Shown: one piece after another, positions 1-9,036 of the stretch
Numbering within the stretch: position 1 is the stretch's first letter
Layout: each line of letters begins with the position of its first letter
From: Planctomycetota bacterium
GTDB taxonomy: Bacteria > Planctomycetota > Phycisphaerae > Phycisphaerales > SM1A02
DNA: 37,314 nucleotides
Assembly: GCA_022560875.1 (NCBI GenBank)
Contig: JADFSH010000022.1
Location: forward strand, 1 to 37,314
Direction of reading: 5' to 3'
The notes under the pieces: generated by a model
The model's database searches: none
What the model saw: only the letters and a program-made list of their open reading frames with translations
What the model was told of the DNA's origin: nothing
Position numbers and translations under genes: made by a program

Positions 1-265
1 CGGGTAGGGGGGAGCTGGGCGAGGTTGAAGTAGTAGGGCATGATTTTCCTCGAGGTTTCAGGACACGATTCCCGGGTTTCCGGGGGAGTTTTCCGGAGGC
101 AGGCACATTGTAGGGCCAGAGAGGAGAGGATGCAGCCCGTGATTGCTGCGGAGGATGATCGAATTCAGGCGGAAAAACGCCTGAGATACCGATTGACCGT
201 ATGGTGATCGATGATTCACCTGTTTGAGACGGTTTCTCAATCGCACGGTTACAATGGAGCACATC

Positions 266-640
266 ATGGCGAATATCACCATCATCATCGGCCTGCTGCT
301 CATCGCCCTTGGCGCGGGGGGATACTTTGGCGGGGGGCAGGCGAGCATGACGGCGATGATCCCGGCCTTTTTCGGCCTGCCCATCGCGCTGTTGGGAGTG
401 GTGGCGTTGAAAGAAAAACTCCGCAAGCACGCCATGCACGGGGCGGTCCTTCTGGGGCTGCTCGGATTCGTCGGGGCGCTGATGAGGCCGGTCATGAAAC
501 TCTTTGGTGAAGAGCCGTTCGAGCTGAACATGGCCGTCGGCTCGCAACTGGCCATGGCTGCGATCTGCCTGGTCTTCGTCGTGCTTTGCGTACGATCGTT
601 CATCGCAGCCCGGAAGAGTCGGGAAGCCGAGGGCGTGTAG
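266..640 (+). CDS. small integral membrane protein (hypothetical, ~4 predicted TM helices)
   Basis: ORF 224..640. The most likely start is ATG 266 (MANITIIIGLLLIALG...), with GGAG 6 nt upstream. Several hydrophobic stretches separated by short loops; no recognisable family. The antisense 209-aa ORF 58..687 is taken as a shadow ORF. Confidence 0.5.
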   Translation: MANITIIIGLLLIALGAGGYFGGGQASMTAMIPAFFGLPIALLGVVALKEKLRKHAMHGAVLLGLLGFVGALMRPVMKLFGEEPFELNMAVGSQLAMAAICLVFVVLCVRSFIAARKSREAEGV

Positions 641-663
641 GCCTTTGACCGCAAGCGAAAACC

Positions 664-688
664 CGTGATTGTGCGGGGATTTTTCAAG
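664..688. terminator. possible weak bidirectional hairpin (cccgtg-attg-tgcggg) followed by T5, sitting between the membrane-protein gene and the tRNA 3' end
   Basis: Sequence aaaacccgtgattgtgcggggattttt. The stem is 4 GC pairs plus 2 G-U wobbles; A-run upstream, T-run downstream. Confidence 0.3.
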
Positions 689-762
689 TGCCGATAGTTG
701 GATTCGAACCAACGACCTAGGGCTTATGAATCCCTCGCTCTAACCAACTGAGCTATATCGGC
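689..762 (-). tRNA. tRNA-Met (anticodon CAU); elongator Met or lysidine-modified Ile2 type. 3' CCA not encoded.
   Basis: Reverse complement of 689..762 is GCCGATATAGCTCAGTTGGTTAGAGCGAGGGATTCATAAGCCCTAGGTCGTTGGTTCGAATCCAACTATCGGCA. It has a 7-bp acceptor stem (G1-C72 paired, so not an initiator), D-arm GCTC/GAGC, anticodon loop TTCATAA (U33, CAT, A37) and T-loop TTCGAAT. Confidence 0.85.
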
Positions 763-824
763 ATCGATTTCAGTCTAGGCGTGTCGGTCAGACGGTCAAG
801 CCGAGGTCTTGAGCCGGATGAAAC

Positions 825-2714
825 TCACGTCGCAGCGGTAGGTTGCGTGGATGACTCGTGGGGAGTAACTCGGGTTTCAATCACCGGAGGGTCCGGGCGA
901 AGCCATCTCCGGCTGATCTGGGTGCGCGGCACATCCGGTTGCGCATGGGCGATGGCCGCCGCGATCAGACCCATGAACAGGGGCTGGGGTTTGAGAGGCC
1001 GGCTGGTGAGTTCGGGATGGAACTGCCCGCCGATGAAGTAGGGATGATCCTCGGCGGCAAGCTCCATCACCTGCATGATCGGATACTCAGGATGACGACC
1101 GGTGAAGCGCAGCCCGGCCTCCTGAAGTTGGGTAACGTACTTGGGTTCGACCTCATATCGATGGCGGAACCGTTCGCGGATGATCTGTTTCTCATGAAAG
1201 AGAAAACTGGCAAGCGAACCGGACTCGATGAGCACATCCTGCGCGCCCAGTCGCATGGTCCCGCCAAGCCCTTCGATCTTTTTCTGCTCGGGAAGCTCGG
1301 CAATGACCGGGTGTTTGCAGTCGGGAGTAAATTCAGTGGAATCGGCGCCTGACAGCTTCAGCACATGCCGGGCATACTCGATGACCGCAACCTGCAACCC
1401 CAGGCATATTCCGAGAAAGGGAATACGTTGGGTGCGGACATACTCAACACAGGCGATTTTCCCTTCAACCCCCCGTTCCCCAAAGCCCCCGGGAATGATC
1501 ACCCCATCCACCTTGGCCTCGTCGAGCAGGTCCGCCACGTTGGAGGCGTTGATCTCTGTCGTGTCGATCCACTGCACATCAGCCTGCACGGACAAGTGCG
1601 TGGTGGCATGCTCGATGGACTTGTCGATCGAGGCATAGGCGTCTCGGAGGGCGGCGTACTTGCCCAGGATCCCCAGTCGAATTTCGTATTTCCGGGGCGC
1701 GGTGATCTTATCGACGTATTCCATCCAGACGATTCGGGCCCGGTCTTCATGCTGGGCATCCACGCGCGAGTGCAGGTCGAGTATGGAAAGCACCTCCCGG
1801 TCGAGCCCCTCCGCGCGGAGTGCTTCGGGGATGGTATAGATCGATTTCCGGTCGTGCATGGAGAACACGCGGTTCATCGGCACGTTGGAGAACATCGAAA
1901 CTTTCTGCCTGACGGTCTTGGTGGCGGGGTTTCGGGCACGACAGGCTATGATCGAGGGCTGGATGCCCGCTTCCATGAGTCGCTTGATGCCGAGTTGGGC
2001 GGCCTTGGATTTCTGCTCGCCGAGAATGTCCGGTTCCAGGATATAGGTGAGGGCGACGAAACAAGTGGAATTCGGACCTTCCTCATAGGCCAGTTCGCGC
2101 AAGGCCTCAATAAACACCCCGTTCTCGTAATCGCCCGCCGTGCCCCCAACCTCGACGAAGACGACATCAGTGGGCGATCCATTCGGACCGCCGGTCAGGG
2201 CGAGTTTTCGCAGTCGATATTTGATCTCGCCGGTGACATGGGGAATAACCTGCACATCGCGCCCGAGATATCCGCCCTTCCGCTCTCGATCGAGAATGGC
2301 AGTGAAGATCTGACCGGATGTTGCGAAATTCTGCCGGGAGAGGTTCTGATCCAGGATCCGCTCATACGTTCCCAGATCCATATCGGTTTCCGTGCCGTCA
2401 TCGAGAACGAAAACCTCTCCATGCCGATAGGGATTGAGGGTGCCGGAGTCGATGTTGAGGTAGCCCTCCAGCTTGATGGGGGCGACGGTGAGAGCCTTGT
2501 CCTTCAGCAGCTTGGCGAGGGAAGAGCTGAATATCCCCTTGCCCAGTCCTGATATCACCGTCCCGAAGACGACGACGTACTTGTGCTGACCACGTTGATA
2601 GCCGTCCGGTATGGGCGAATAGAATTCGTCGGCCTCTTCCGAGTGGCCAAACTGATGGAGGAAGGAATCCTGGGGTTTGGGAGATGAAGATGGGGGGTCC
2701 GATTGGATGGGCAT
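825..2714 (-). CDS. pyrG: CTP synthase (glutamine-hydrolysing)
   Basis: 634-aa ORF 825..2729. Synthetase-domain P-loop 'YVVVFGTVISGLGKGIFSSSLAKLL', then 'LDDGTETDMDLGTYER'. A C-terminal class-I glutamine amidotransferase domain with the GICLGLQ catalytic Cys and 'GGQFHPE'. Start chosen at internal ATG 2714 (MPIQS..., with GGGG RBS); 2729 is equally possible. About 45-aa N-terminal and ~40-aa C-terminal extensions relative to E. coli PyrG. Confidence 0.93.
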   Translation of the reverse strand: MPIQSDPPSSSPKPQDSFLHQFGHSEEADEFYSPIPDGYQRGQHKYVVVFGTVISGLGKGIFSSSLAKLLKDKALTVAPIKLEGYLNIDSGTLNPYRHGEVFVLDDGTETDMDLGTYERILDQNLSRQNFATSGQIFTAILDRERKGGYLGRDVQVIPHVTGEIKYRLRKLALTGGPNGSPTDVVFVEVGGTAGDYENGVFIEALRELAYEEGPNSTCFVALTYILEPDILGEQKSKAAQLGIKRLMEAGIQPSIIACRARNPATKTVRQKVSMFSNVPMNRVFSMHDRKSIYTIPEALRAEGLDREVLSILDLHSRVDAQHEDRARIVWMEYVDKITAPRKYEIRLGILGKYAALRDAYASIDKSIEHATTHLSVQADVQWIDTTEINASNVADLLDEAKVDGVIIPGGFGERGVEGKIACVEYVRTQRIPFLGICLGLQVAVIEYARHVLKLSGADSTEFTPDCKHPVIAELPEQKKIEGLGGTMRLGAQDVLIESGSLASFLFHEKQIIRERFRHRYEVEPKYVTQLQEAGLRFTGRHPEYPIMQVMELAAEDHPYFIGGQFHPELTSRPLKPQPLFMGLIAAAIAHAQPDVPRTQISRRWLRPDPPVIETRVTPHESSTQPTAAT

Positions 2715-2840
2715 TCCCCACTCTAACACGCCGGGATTGATTTGAAAAGCATTGAGTTCTCAAACGACAAGTCTGACCACCAGGACCGAACCCGGCATCG
2801 GTGAGCGGATTCACCCCCACCGGGCGGAAACCACTCCGGA

Positions 2841-3581
2841 TCAGGCGGTCTGCGTCCGGTACCACTCGACAAAGCGGGCATATTGCTCCGGAGTGTCTAT
2901 GCCGTGATGTCTGACCTCGCCCAGGGCAACCTGAATGGTGTAGTTGTGCTCCAGCACTCTCATCTGCTCGAGTCGTTCGGCCTGCTCCCGGGGGGTGGGG
3001 GGGAGCTTGATGTAGGTCTGGAGAAAGTCACTGCGATAGACATACAGCCCGATATGTTTCAGAGGCGGGTCGGGATTGGTGTTCTCATTCTGTTCACCGG
3101 TTTCGATCGACCGGGAAAAGGATCTGGCCCGGCCTTCCCCATCGAGCACGACCTTGACGATATTGGGATCAGCGGGATCCTCATCCGCCATGAAAGGCGA
3201 GGCGAGGGTCGCCATCGGGTCCGGGGGATGATCCAGAAGTCGCTGAATCGTCAGTTCGATCAGGGCCGGCTCGAGCTGTGGCTCATCGCCCTGGAGATTG
3301 ACGATGATATCGGCGTCAATGGCCAGGGCGGCTTCCGCAATCCGGCTGGTTCCGTTGGGGTGGTCGGAGCGGGTGAGAATCGTCTCGCCGCCGAATCCCC
3401 TGACCGCTTCGTCGATCCTCCGGTCATCGGTGGCGACGAAGACCCGATCGAGGGAGGCGACTCTCTGAGCCAGCTCATAGACGTGCTGGATGAGTGGTCG
3501 CCCGGTTTGATCAGCGAGTATCTTTCCAGGGAAGCGAGTGGAATCGTAACGGGCGGGAATGATGGCGATGATATCAGGCAC
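2841..3581 (-). CDS. kdsB: 3-deoxy-manno-octulosonate cytidylyltransferase (CMP-Kdo synthetase)
   Basis: N-terminus 'IIAIIPARYDSTRFPGKILADQTGRPLIQHV' is the KdsB signature (IPARYxSTRxPGKxLxD). 246 aa is typical length. Same strand as pyrG and 110 nt upstream of it. Confidence 0.88.
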   Translation of the reverse strand: MPDIIAIIPARYDSTRFPGKILADQTGRPLIQHVYELAQRVASLDRVFVATDDRRIDEAVRGFGGETILTRSDHPNGTSRIAEAALAIDADIIVNLQGDEPQLEPALIELTIQRLLDHPPDPMATLASPFMADEDPADPNIVKVVLDGEGRARSFSRSIETGEQNENTNPDPPLKHIGLYVYRSDFLQTYIKLPPTPREQAERLEQMRVLEHNYTIQVALGEVRHHGIDTPEQYARFVEWYRTQTA

Positions 3582-3612
3582 CGGAGAGGCCTTTCACAAG
3601 GAATCGTGTCGA

Positions 3613-5178
3613 TCACCCCTCATTTCCGCTGCCGGCAATATCCTTGAGAAGTTGCCCGACTTCACTACGCCGTTGACGAATATCACGAAAGCCGATGTTC
3701 TTTCGGGCGATATTTGAACATATGTCCCGCGCTTCTCGGGCCAGGCCCGGATCGTTCTCGGCGCGTGCAAGTTCTATCAACGAAAGCATCAGATCGTACC
3801 GGATGTCAAGTTCGCGTTTTCTGTCGGCGACCTCGATGGCCTGGAGGGCTTCCTTGAATTCCTCGATGGCTTCGTTGTACCACTGTTCCCTGGCAAAACA
3901 ACTCCCCAGCATGTGGCTGGCCCGTGCTCGCAGTCTTGGCTCGTCCTTGGAATTCTGAAGATGCTCCATGGCCTTGCCCGTATCTCCCAGTTGGTAAAAA
4001 ACCTCGCCCAGTCGATATTGAAAGGACCGATCGTTGGGATATCTTTTTACCCGCTCCAGAAATTCAGAGGACTCAAGCTGGAGCCGGTCCCGGCGTACTT
4101 TTTCGAGCTCCTGTTGCAGTTCGCCGTTATCAGTTGCGCTATCCAGACGCTTGCGAAGTTCGTTTTCGACCTTCATCGCTTTGCCAATGTCAATATCACC
4201 GGCATTCATCCGGAACCGGTATTCCTTGGTTTCCTCATACCCTTTCAGGTAGATTTCCTGCGCCTTCTTGATCGATTCCGGGGTACCACGTCGCTTCAGA
4301 AGCTGAGTGTACTTGTTGATGACATCAGGAACCTCAGGGGTTTTCTCGTAAAGGAGTCTGGCCCGTTCGAGATTGCGCTCTTCTGTCGATGCGCTGACGG
4401 AAAGAAGCTCCATCTCCTCGAGTTCCCGCTGCTTATCCATGTCCTTGACCATCCCCCGGAATCCCCCTTCCTTACCTCCCGCTTCCTCATATCGACCCTG
4501 ATCCATGGCACGTTGGGCAGAGATGTTCTTAAGCTCGTGATCCAGGGAGCTGTCTCTTGGATCCAAGGCGAGGGCCTGCTCACCGGCGATCATCGCCTGG
4601 TCATAAGCGTGGACATCACTGAACAGGTACATGGCCTTGAGCCATGTTGATTTGGTGAGTTTTTTACTCTTGCGCATGAGACCCAGCACCTTGATGGCGA
4701 TGGAATTGCCCCATTCGAGTTGATCGGCCTTGATCGACGCTTCCAGCGCCTTGAGGGCGAGGTTGGCGTTGGTGATGTCCTTCATCCAGGTGAACTCAAC
4801 GGCGACGAAGCGACCGATCGAATGCGGCTCCTCGATCTTGCGGATTTCCCTCCCCGTGGCCGATCGCCCCCCCTGATTGGCATAGCGAATGGCGACCTCA
4901 AACATCGCTTCATGAGCTGACATGATCTCGGGATCAAATATCAACCCGCTTGCATAACAACTCAGGGCATAATCGTAGTTCGATGAGTCTGCGGCGGTTC
5001 GTGCATGCTCAAACCACTTCTGCGCCTTCTCCGGTTGGGCGGTGTATTCGAAGTCCTCGCTTCCGCTGTCACCACTGTCCCCGCCTTCCGGGGGGGGCTT
5101 CTTCTTGAATAACGCCACAGATGAATACCTCTGACTGGGTGCTTCCCCGGCCCTCAACGGGCGTGACGCCGGGACCAT
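3613..5178 (-). CDS. TPR-repeat protein (hypothetical)
   Basis: 521 aa. Acidic/Gly-rich N-terminus, then multiple 34-residue TPR-like helical repeats (e.g. 'YDYALSCYASGLIFDPE', 'AGEQALALDPRDSSL', 'WYNEAIEEFKEALQAIE'). First gene of the TPR-kdsB-pyrG minus-strand run. Confidence 0.7.
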   Translation of the reverse strand: MVPASRPLRAGEAPSQRYSSVALFKKKPPPEGGDSGDSGSEDFEYTAQPEKAQKWFEHARTAADSSNYDYALSCYASGLIFDPEIMSAHEAMFEVAIRYANQGGRSATGREIRKIEEPHSIGRFVAVEFTWMKDITNANLALKALEASIKADQLEWGNSIAIKVLGLMRKSKKLTKSTWLKAMYLFSDVHAYDQAMIAGEQALALDPRDSSLDHELKNISAQRAMDQGRYEEAGGKEGGFRGMVKDMDKQRELEEMELLSVSASTEERNLERARLLYEKTPEVPDVINKYTQLLKRRGTPESIKKAQEIYLKGYEETKEYRFRMNAGDIDIGKAMKVENELRKRLDSATDNGELQQELEKVRRDRLQLESSEFLERVKRYPNDRSFQYRLGEVFYQLGDTGKAMEHLQNSKDEPRLRARASHMLGSCFAREQWYNEAIEEFKEALQAIEVADRKRELDIRYDLMLSLIELARAENDPGLAREARDICSNIARKNIGFRDIRQRRSEVGQLLKDIAGSGNEG

Positions 5179-5282
5179 TATGTACGAATTGGAGCGAACA
5201 CTCCACGGTACGGCGCAGGGCCTTGTCGGTCAATGATCTTGCGACTGGCTGGGGCCGGATTACAGGCGTAGCATAGCGATTC

Positions 5283-5819
5283 ATGGACCTTGACCCGGTC
5301 AGTCTCACCATCGTTACGTATCCGGACCCGATCCTCCGCCAAAAAGCCGAGCCGATCGGCGAGATCACCTCGACGATCCGGGCCGTGGGGGAAAAGATGA
5401 TCGAGTTGATGCATCAAGCCGATGGCGTGGGCCTCGCGGCACCCCAGGTGGGTCTTTCCTGGCGGATGTTCGTGACCGTGATTTCTCAGGATAAGCAGGC
5501 GGAGACAATTCCGGGACGGATCTATATCAACCCTGAAATCACCATCGAAAACCGGGAGCTGGCCATCCTCGAAGAAGGGTGCCTGAGCCTGCCCGACATA
5601 CGCGGCGACATCCGTCGTTCCATTGCGGTAACCCTGAATGCCCTCGATCCTGACGGCAATCCATTCTCAATGACCGATGATGACTTCATGTCCCGGATCT
5701 GGCAACATGAACTGGACCACCTCAACGGGGTGCTCATCATCGACAAGATGAATCCCATGGATCGGATTGCCGTCCGAAAAGCCCTCAAAGAACTCGACGC
5801 GACCACGATCAAAGGGTAA
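5283..5819 (+). CDS. def: peptide deformylase
   Basis: Three PDF motifs present: 'GVGLAAPQVG' (motif 1), 'EGCLSLPD' (motif 2), 'QHELDHLNG' (motif 3, metal-binding HExxH). 178 aa. Confidence 0.92.
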   Translation: MDLDPVSLTIVTYPDPILRQKAEPIGEITSTIRAVGEKMIELMHQADGVGLAAPQVGLSWRMFVTVISQDKQAETIPGRIYINPEITIENRELAILEEGCLSLPDIRGDIRRSIAVTLNALDPDGNPFSMTDDDFMSRIWQHELDHLNGVLIIDKMNPMDRIAVRKALKELDATTIKG

Positions 5820-5823
5820 CCGC

Positions 5824-6741
5824 ATGAGACTGGTCTATTTCGGCTCCGGTCCGTTTGGCCTGCCCACACTTGAGCGTCTGATGCGCCGGCACCAGATCGA
5901 ACTTGTGATTTCGCAGCCGGATCGCCCCGCCGGTCGCAAGCGCAAGCCCCAGCCCACCCCCGTTACCCGCTTCGCAGATGATCATCAGCTGGCCATTGTC
6001 AAACCCGAAGAAGTGAACGATGACGAGGTGGTCGAGTCGATCCGGAGCATTGAGGCGGACGCATTCGTAGTAATCGCCTTCGGGCAGAAGCTATCCCGTC
6101 CACTGCTGGAAAATACCTTTGCCATCAATCTCCATGCCTCACTTTTGCCGAAATTTCGCGGCGCCGCTCCCATTAACTGGGCAGTGCTAAACAATGAGAA
6201 ACAGACCGGAATCAGTGTCATAACCCTCGCCGATCGCATGGATGCCGGAGAGGTGCTGGGAAGGGCGTCCACGCCGATCGATCCCCATGAGACGGCCGGC
6301 GAGCTGCACGATCGCCTGGCGATCATGGGACAGGATGTCGTTCTGGACACCCTGGAAAGGCATCAAGCGGGAACGCTCGAGCCTGAGATGCAGGATGAAA
6401 ATCTTGCGACCCAAGCCCCGAAGCTTTCCCGGGCGGATGGCATCGTGAATTTTGATCAACCCGCAACCGAGGTTCGAGCGCGTATTCACGGCTTGACCCC
6501 CTGGCCCGGATGTACGGTTGTCCTGGAGGGAACGGCATTGAAACTGCTTCGGGTCCGTGAGCATGAGACTGAACATGCCGGCGCCTCACCCGGAGAAATT
6601 CTTGTTGATGGAAGCGTGGCCTGCGCCGATGGTTCCGTACAACTCTTGTCCGTTCAACCGGCGGGCGGAAAGACCATGACGTTTGCCGCCTATTGCAACG
6701 GGCATCACGTCACCCCGGGAATGAGGATTCTTAGCCCATGA
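5824..6741 (+). CDS. fmt: methionyl-tRNA formyltransferase
   Basis: ORF 5767..6741. Start placed at ATG 5824 ('MRLVYFGSGPFGLPTLERL', a typical Fmt N-terminus), 2 nt after the def stop. Formyltransferase core 'INLHASLLPKFRGAAPINWA' (SLLP motif). The C-terminal Fmt domain is present. Confidence 0.9.
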   Translation: MRLVYFGSGPFGLPTLERLMRRHQIELVISQPDRPAGRKRKPQPTPVTRFADDHQLAIVKPEEVNDDEVVESIRSIEADAFVVIAFGQKLSRPLLENTFAINLHASLLPKFRGAAPINWAVLNNEKQTGISVITLADRMDAGEVLGRASTPIDPHETAGELHDRLAIMGQDVVLDTLERHQAGTLEPEMQDENLATQAPKLSRADGIVNFDQPATEVRARIHGLTPWPGCTVVLEGTALKLLRVREHETEHAGASPGEILVDGSVACADGSVQLLSVQPAGGKTMTFAAYCNGHHVTPGMRILSP

Positions 6742-7271
6742 GCTGGATCGCATCCTCACTCTGGGATCTGCTCGCGGGCCGAAAAACACCCCCCCGGTCC
6801 CCCCGGTCTCCGCGATCGAAAAGCGCGGAGAGCGCCACAAAAAAATCCACGCCCACCCGCAAACCGATGCAGGAGCGGTATGACAAACTCGTCACCGACA
6901 TGAAGCAAACATACGGCGTGCGGATCAGGAAATGGCGATCGAGCATGACCGGATGTGCTTGGGAAGTTCATTATGAAAGTGGTCGTCTTGTGCGCCTCGT
7001 CGAATCACCCTATCCCAAGGGGCCGATGAGCTGCGCGATTTTCCTCCACGAGATAGGGCATCACGTCATCGGCTTCCGCATCTATCGGCCGCGTTGTCTG
7101 GAGGAGTACCACGCCTGGAAGTGGTCGCTCGACACCATGCGTGAGTTGGGATTCAACGTCACGAAGTCGGTCGAAAAGCGTATGGCGGAATCTCTGCGTT
7201 ACGCAGTGGCGAAAGCCCGTCGCCGTGGTCTCAAGAAGCTGCCCGCGGAACTGATCCCCTATGCGACCTGA
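6738..7271 (+). CDS. basic hypothetical protein with HExxH...H zincin-like motif (possibly SprT/MtfA-like metallopeptidase fold)
   Basis: 177 aa. Its start overlaps the fmt stop (ATGA), indicating translational coupling into the def-fmt operon. Low-complexity basic N-terminus (SPRSPRSKS...). Motif 'FLHEIGHHVIGFRIYRPRCLEEYHAWKW': an HExxH, then a His 16 residues later followed by W, spacing reminiscent of SprT-like zincins. Family assignment is unverified. Confidence 0.55.
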   Translation: MSWIASSLWDLLAGRKTPPRSPRSPRSKSAESATKKSTPTRKPMQERYDKLVTDMKQTYGVRIRKWRSSMTGCAWEVHYESGRLVRLVESPYPKGPMSCAIFLHEIGHHVIGFRIYRPRCLEEYHAWKWSLDTMRELGFNVTKSVEKRMAESLRYAVAKARRRGLKKLPAELIPYAT

Positions 7272-7272
7272 A

Positions 7273-7680
7273 TCACACCAGAATATCGAACAGGGTGCCG
7301 ACATTGGTCAGCAGCACCGGGGCAATGACGGTTTTCGGGGGATCTGGAGGAAGCATCACATTTTCATAGGTCACCGTATCTGACACCCGGCAGGTCACAG
7401 GGCAGCGAGTTGGATCAGGAGGAGACGCCAGATCACTCGGAGGCGAGTCTTCGGTGTCCTCCGGTTGTGATGAAATGTAGATATCGATCCGAGAGGATGG
7501 CTGTGGGTCATCGAAGCCCCGCGCCAGCCGGTCGATTTCACGACGGAGGGCGTTGATGACAAATCGAGCCGGGCCGATGCTCGATTGGTTGTGCGCGTGA
7601 TCGAGGCTGGCCTGGTGAACCCGGATGAGGCGATCGACAGGATCGGTAGCTATCGCATTGAATCGGTTTTCCGTACTCAC
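7273..7680 (-). CDS. hypothetical protein (uncertain ORF)
   Basis: 135-aa ORF, convergent with the HExxH gene at a 1-nt gap. No motif recognised. The C-terminal half is Pro/Ser/Asp-rich low complexity. It is the only ORF filling the 600-nt gap before queA. Confidence 0.3.
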   Translation of the reverse strand: MSTENRFNAIATDPVDRLIRVHQASLDHAHNQSSIGPARFVINALRREIDRLARGFDDPQPSSRIDIYISSQPEDTEDSPPSDLASPPDPTRCPVTCRVSDTVTYENVMLPPDPPKTVIAPVLLTNVGTLFDILV

Positions 7681-7871
7681 TCAGGAAGAGATGCAAAGCC
7701 CGGTCCAGAAGCGGGAAACCCTCCCGGATCTCACTCCTGCCGATAAAACCTCGGCAGTGAGACTACCATGCTGCTTTCCGTGAAGGTGGCAACCAACCAC
7801 CGGATTTCCACCTGGAGAGGATGATGATTGAAATCAACATCCTTGGTCTTTCCCTCGAAACCCCGGAACTC

Positions 7872-8990
7872 ATGACACCACCTGCACTTCGTACTGAAGA
7901 CCTTGCATATGACCTGCCGGAGGATCGCATCGCCACCCGTCCCGCAGAGCCTCGGGACAGCGCGCGGATGCTGGTGATAAGCCGGTCTTCGGACACCCTG
8001 GAGCATCGAAAGGTCAGCGACCTGCCGGATTACCTCGTTTCGAGTGACGCTCTGGTTATGAACAAAACTGCCGTGATCCCCGCGAGATTCCTGGGGAAGC
8101 GAACTGATTCGGGGGGAAAAGTGGAGGGGCTTTTTCTCGATGAGCCGGAAGACGGCACCTGGCGAGTCATGCTAAAAAGCAACGGCCGGCTTCGTCCCGA
8201 CCTGGTCATCGAACTCGCCGACCAGCAGGATCGCCCCAGCGGGCAGGTGATTCGTCTTGGTAAAAGGGATGGGGATGAGTGGATCGTCCATCCCGAATCG
8301 AATCGATCGGCCCATGAACTTCTGGAGGCGGTCGGACGTACCCCGCTGCCGCCTTATATTCTCCGAGCCCGGGGTATCCGGGGGGTCCGGGGGGATCGGT
8401 CTATTGATGATGCTCAGGATCGAAGCTGGTACCAGACGGTATACGCCGATCCGGATCAGGGGCGTTCCGTGGCTGCGCCGACCGCGGGACTCCATTTCAC
8501 GCCGGAACTGATTCAGGCTCTCATCGGGAAGGGCGTCGAGCGGCTGGAGATTTCCCTTGATGTCGGCCCGGGCACGTTCAAACCCATCACCACACCCACC
8601 CTAGAGATGCACGACATGTACTGGGAGTGCTACGAAGTCCCCTCGGAAACTCTCGAATCGCTCAATGCCATACAGAACCGGAAGAAATCCGGGGAGTCGG
8701 TCCGGCTTTTTGCCGTGGGAACGACTTCCGTGCGGACACTAGAGTCGTTACCCGATCCTCTGCCGGTTCATGAATCATTAACCGGGACCACTGATCTGTT
8801 CATCGCGCCGCCGTATGACTTTCGATTTGTCGATGGTTTGTTGACAAACTTCCATTTACCACGTTCCACGCTGTTGGCATTGGTGGCAGCACTGGTCGGG
8901 CTGGAGCGTCTTTTAGCCGTGTATGAGCAGGCAATACGGGAAGGCTATCGCTTTTACAGTTATGGGGATGCCATGTTGATTCTTCCGTGA
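7872..8990 (+). CDS. queA: S-adenosylmethionine:tRNA ribosyltransferase-isomerase
   Basis: ORF 7821..8990. 'DLAYDLPEDRIATRPAEPRDSARMLV' matches the QueA N-terminus (FxLPxxLIAxxPxxxRdxsRLL). 'VMNKTAVIPARFLG' and the C-terminal 'LTNFHLPRSTLLALVAA' are conserved QueA blocks. Start 7872 chosen by alignment to E. coli QueA; 7821 is the alternative. Confidence 0.9.
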   Translation: MTPPALRTEDLAYDLPEDRIATRPAEPRDSARMLVISRSSDTLEHRKVSDLPDYLVSSDALVMNKTAVIPARFLGKRTDSGGKVEGLFLDEPEDGTWRVMLKSNGRLRPDLVIELADQQDRPSGQVIRLGKRDGDEWIVHPESNRSAHELLEAVGRTPLPPYILRARGIRGVRGDRSIDDAQDRSWYQTVYADPDQGRSVAAPTAGLHFTPELIQALIGKGVERLEISLDVGPGTFKPITTPTLEMHDMYWECYEVPSETLESLNAIQNRKKSGESVRLFAVGTTSVRTLESLPDPLPVHESLTGTTDLFIAPPYDFRFVDGLLTNFHLPRSTLLALVAALVGLERLLAVYEQAIREGYRFYSYGDAMLILP

Positions 8991-9036
8991 TCACTTCATT
9001 TTTGGGGCGGCTTCGTTCACAATCCCGATACGTACT

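Noticed and set aside
7731-8006. 91-aa minus-strand ORF overlapping the queA 5' end
   Set aside because: Overlaps the conserved QueA N-terminus on the other strand. No support.
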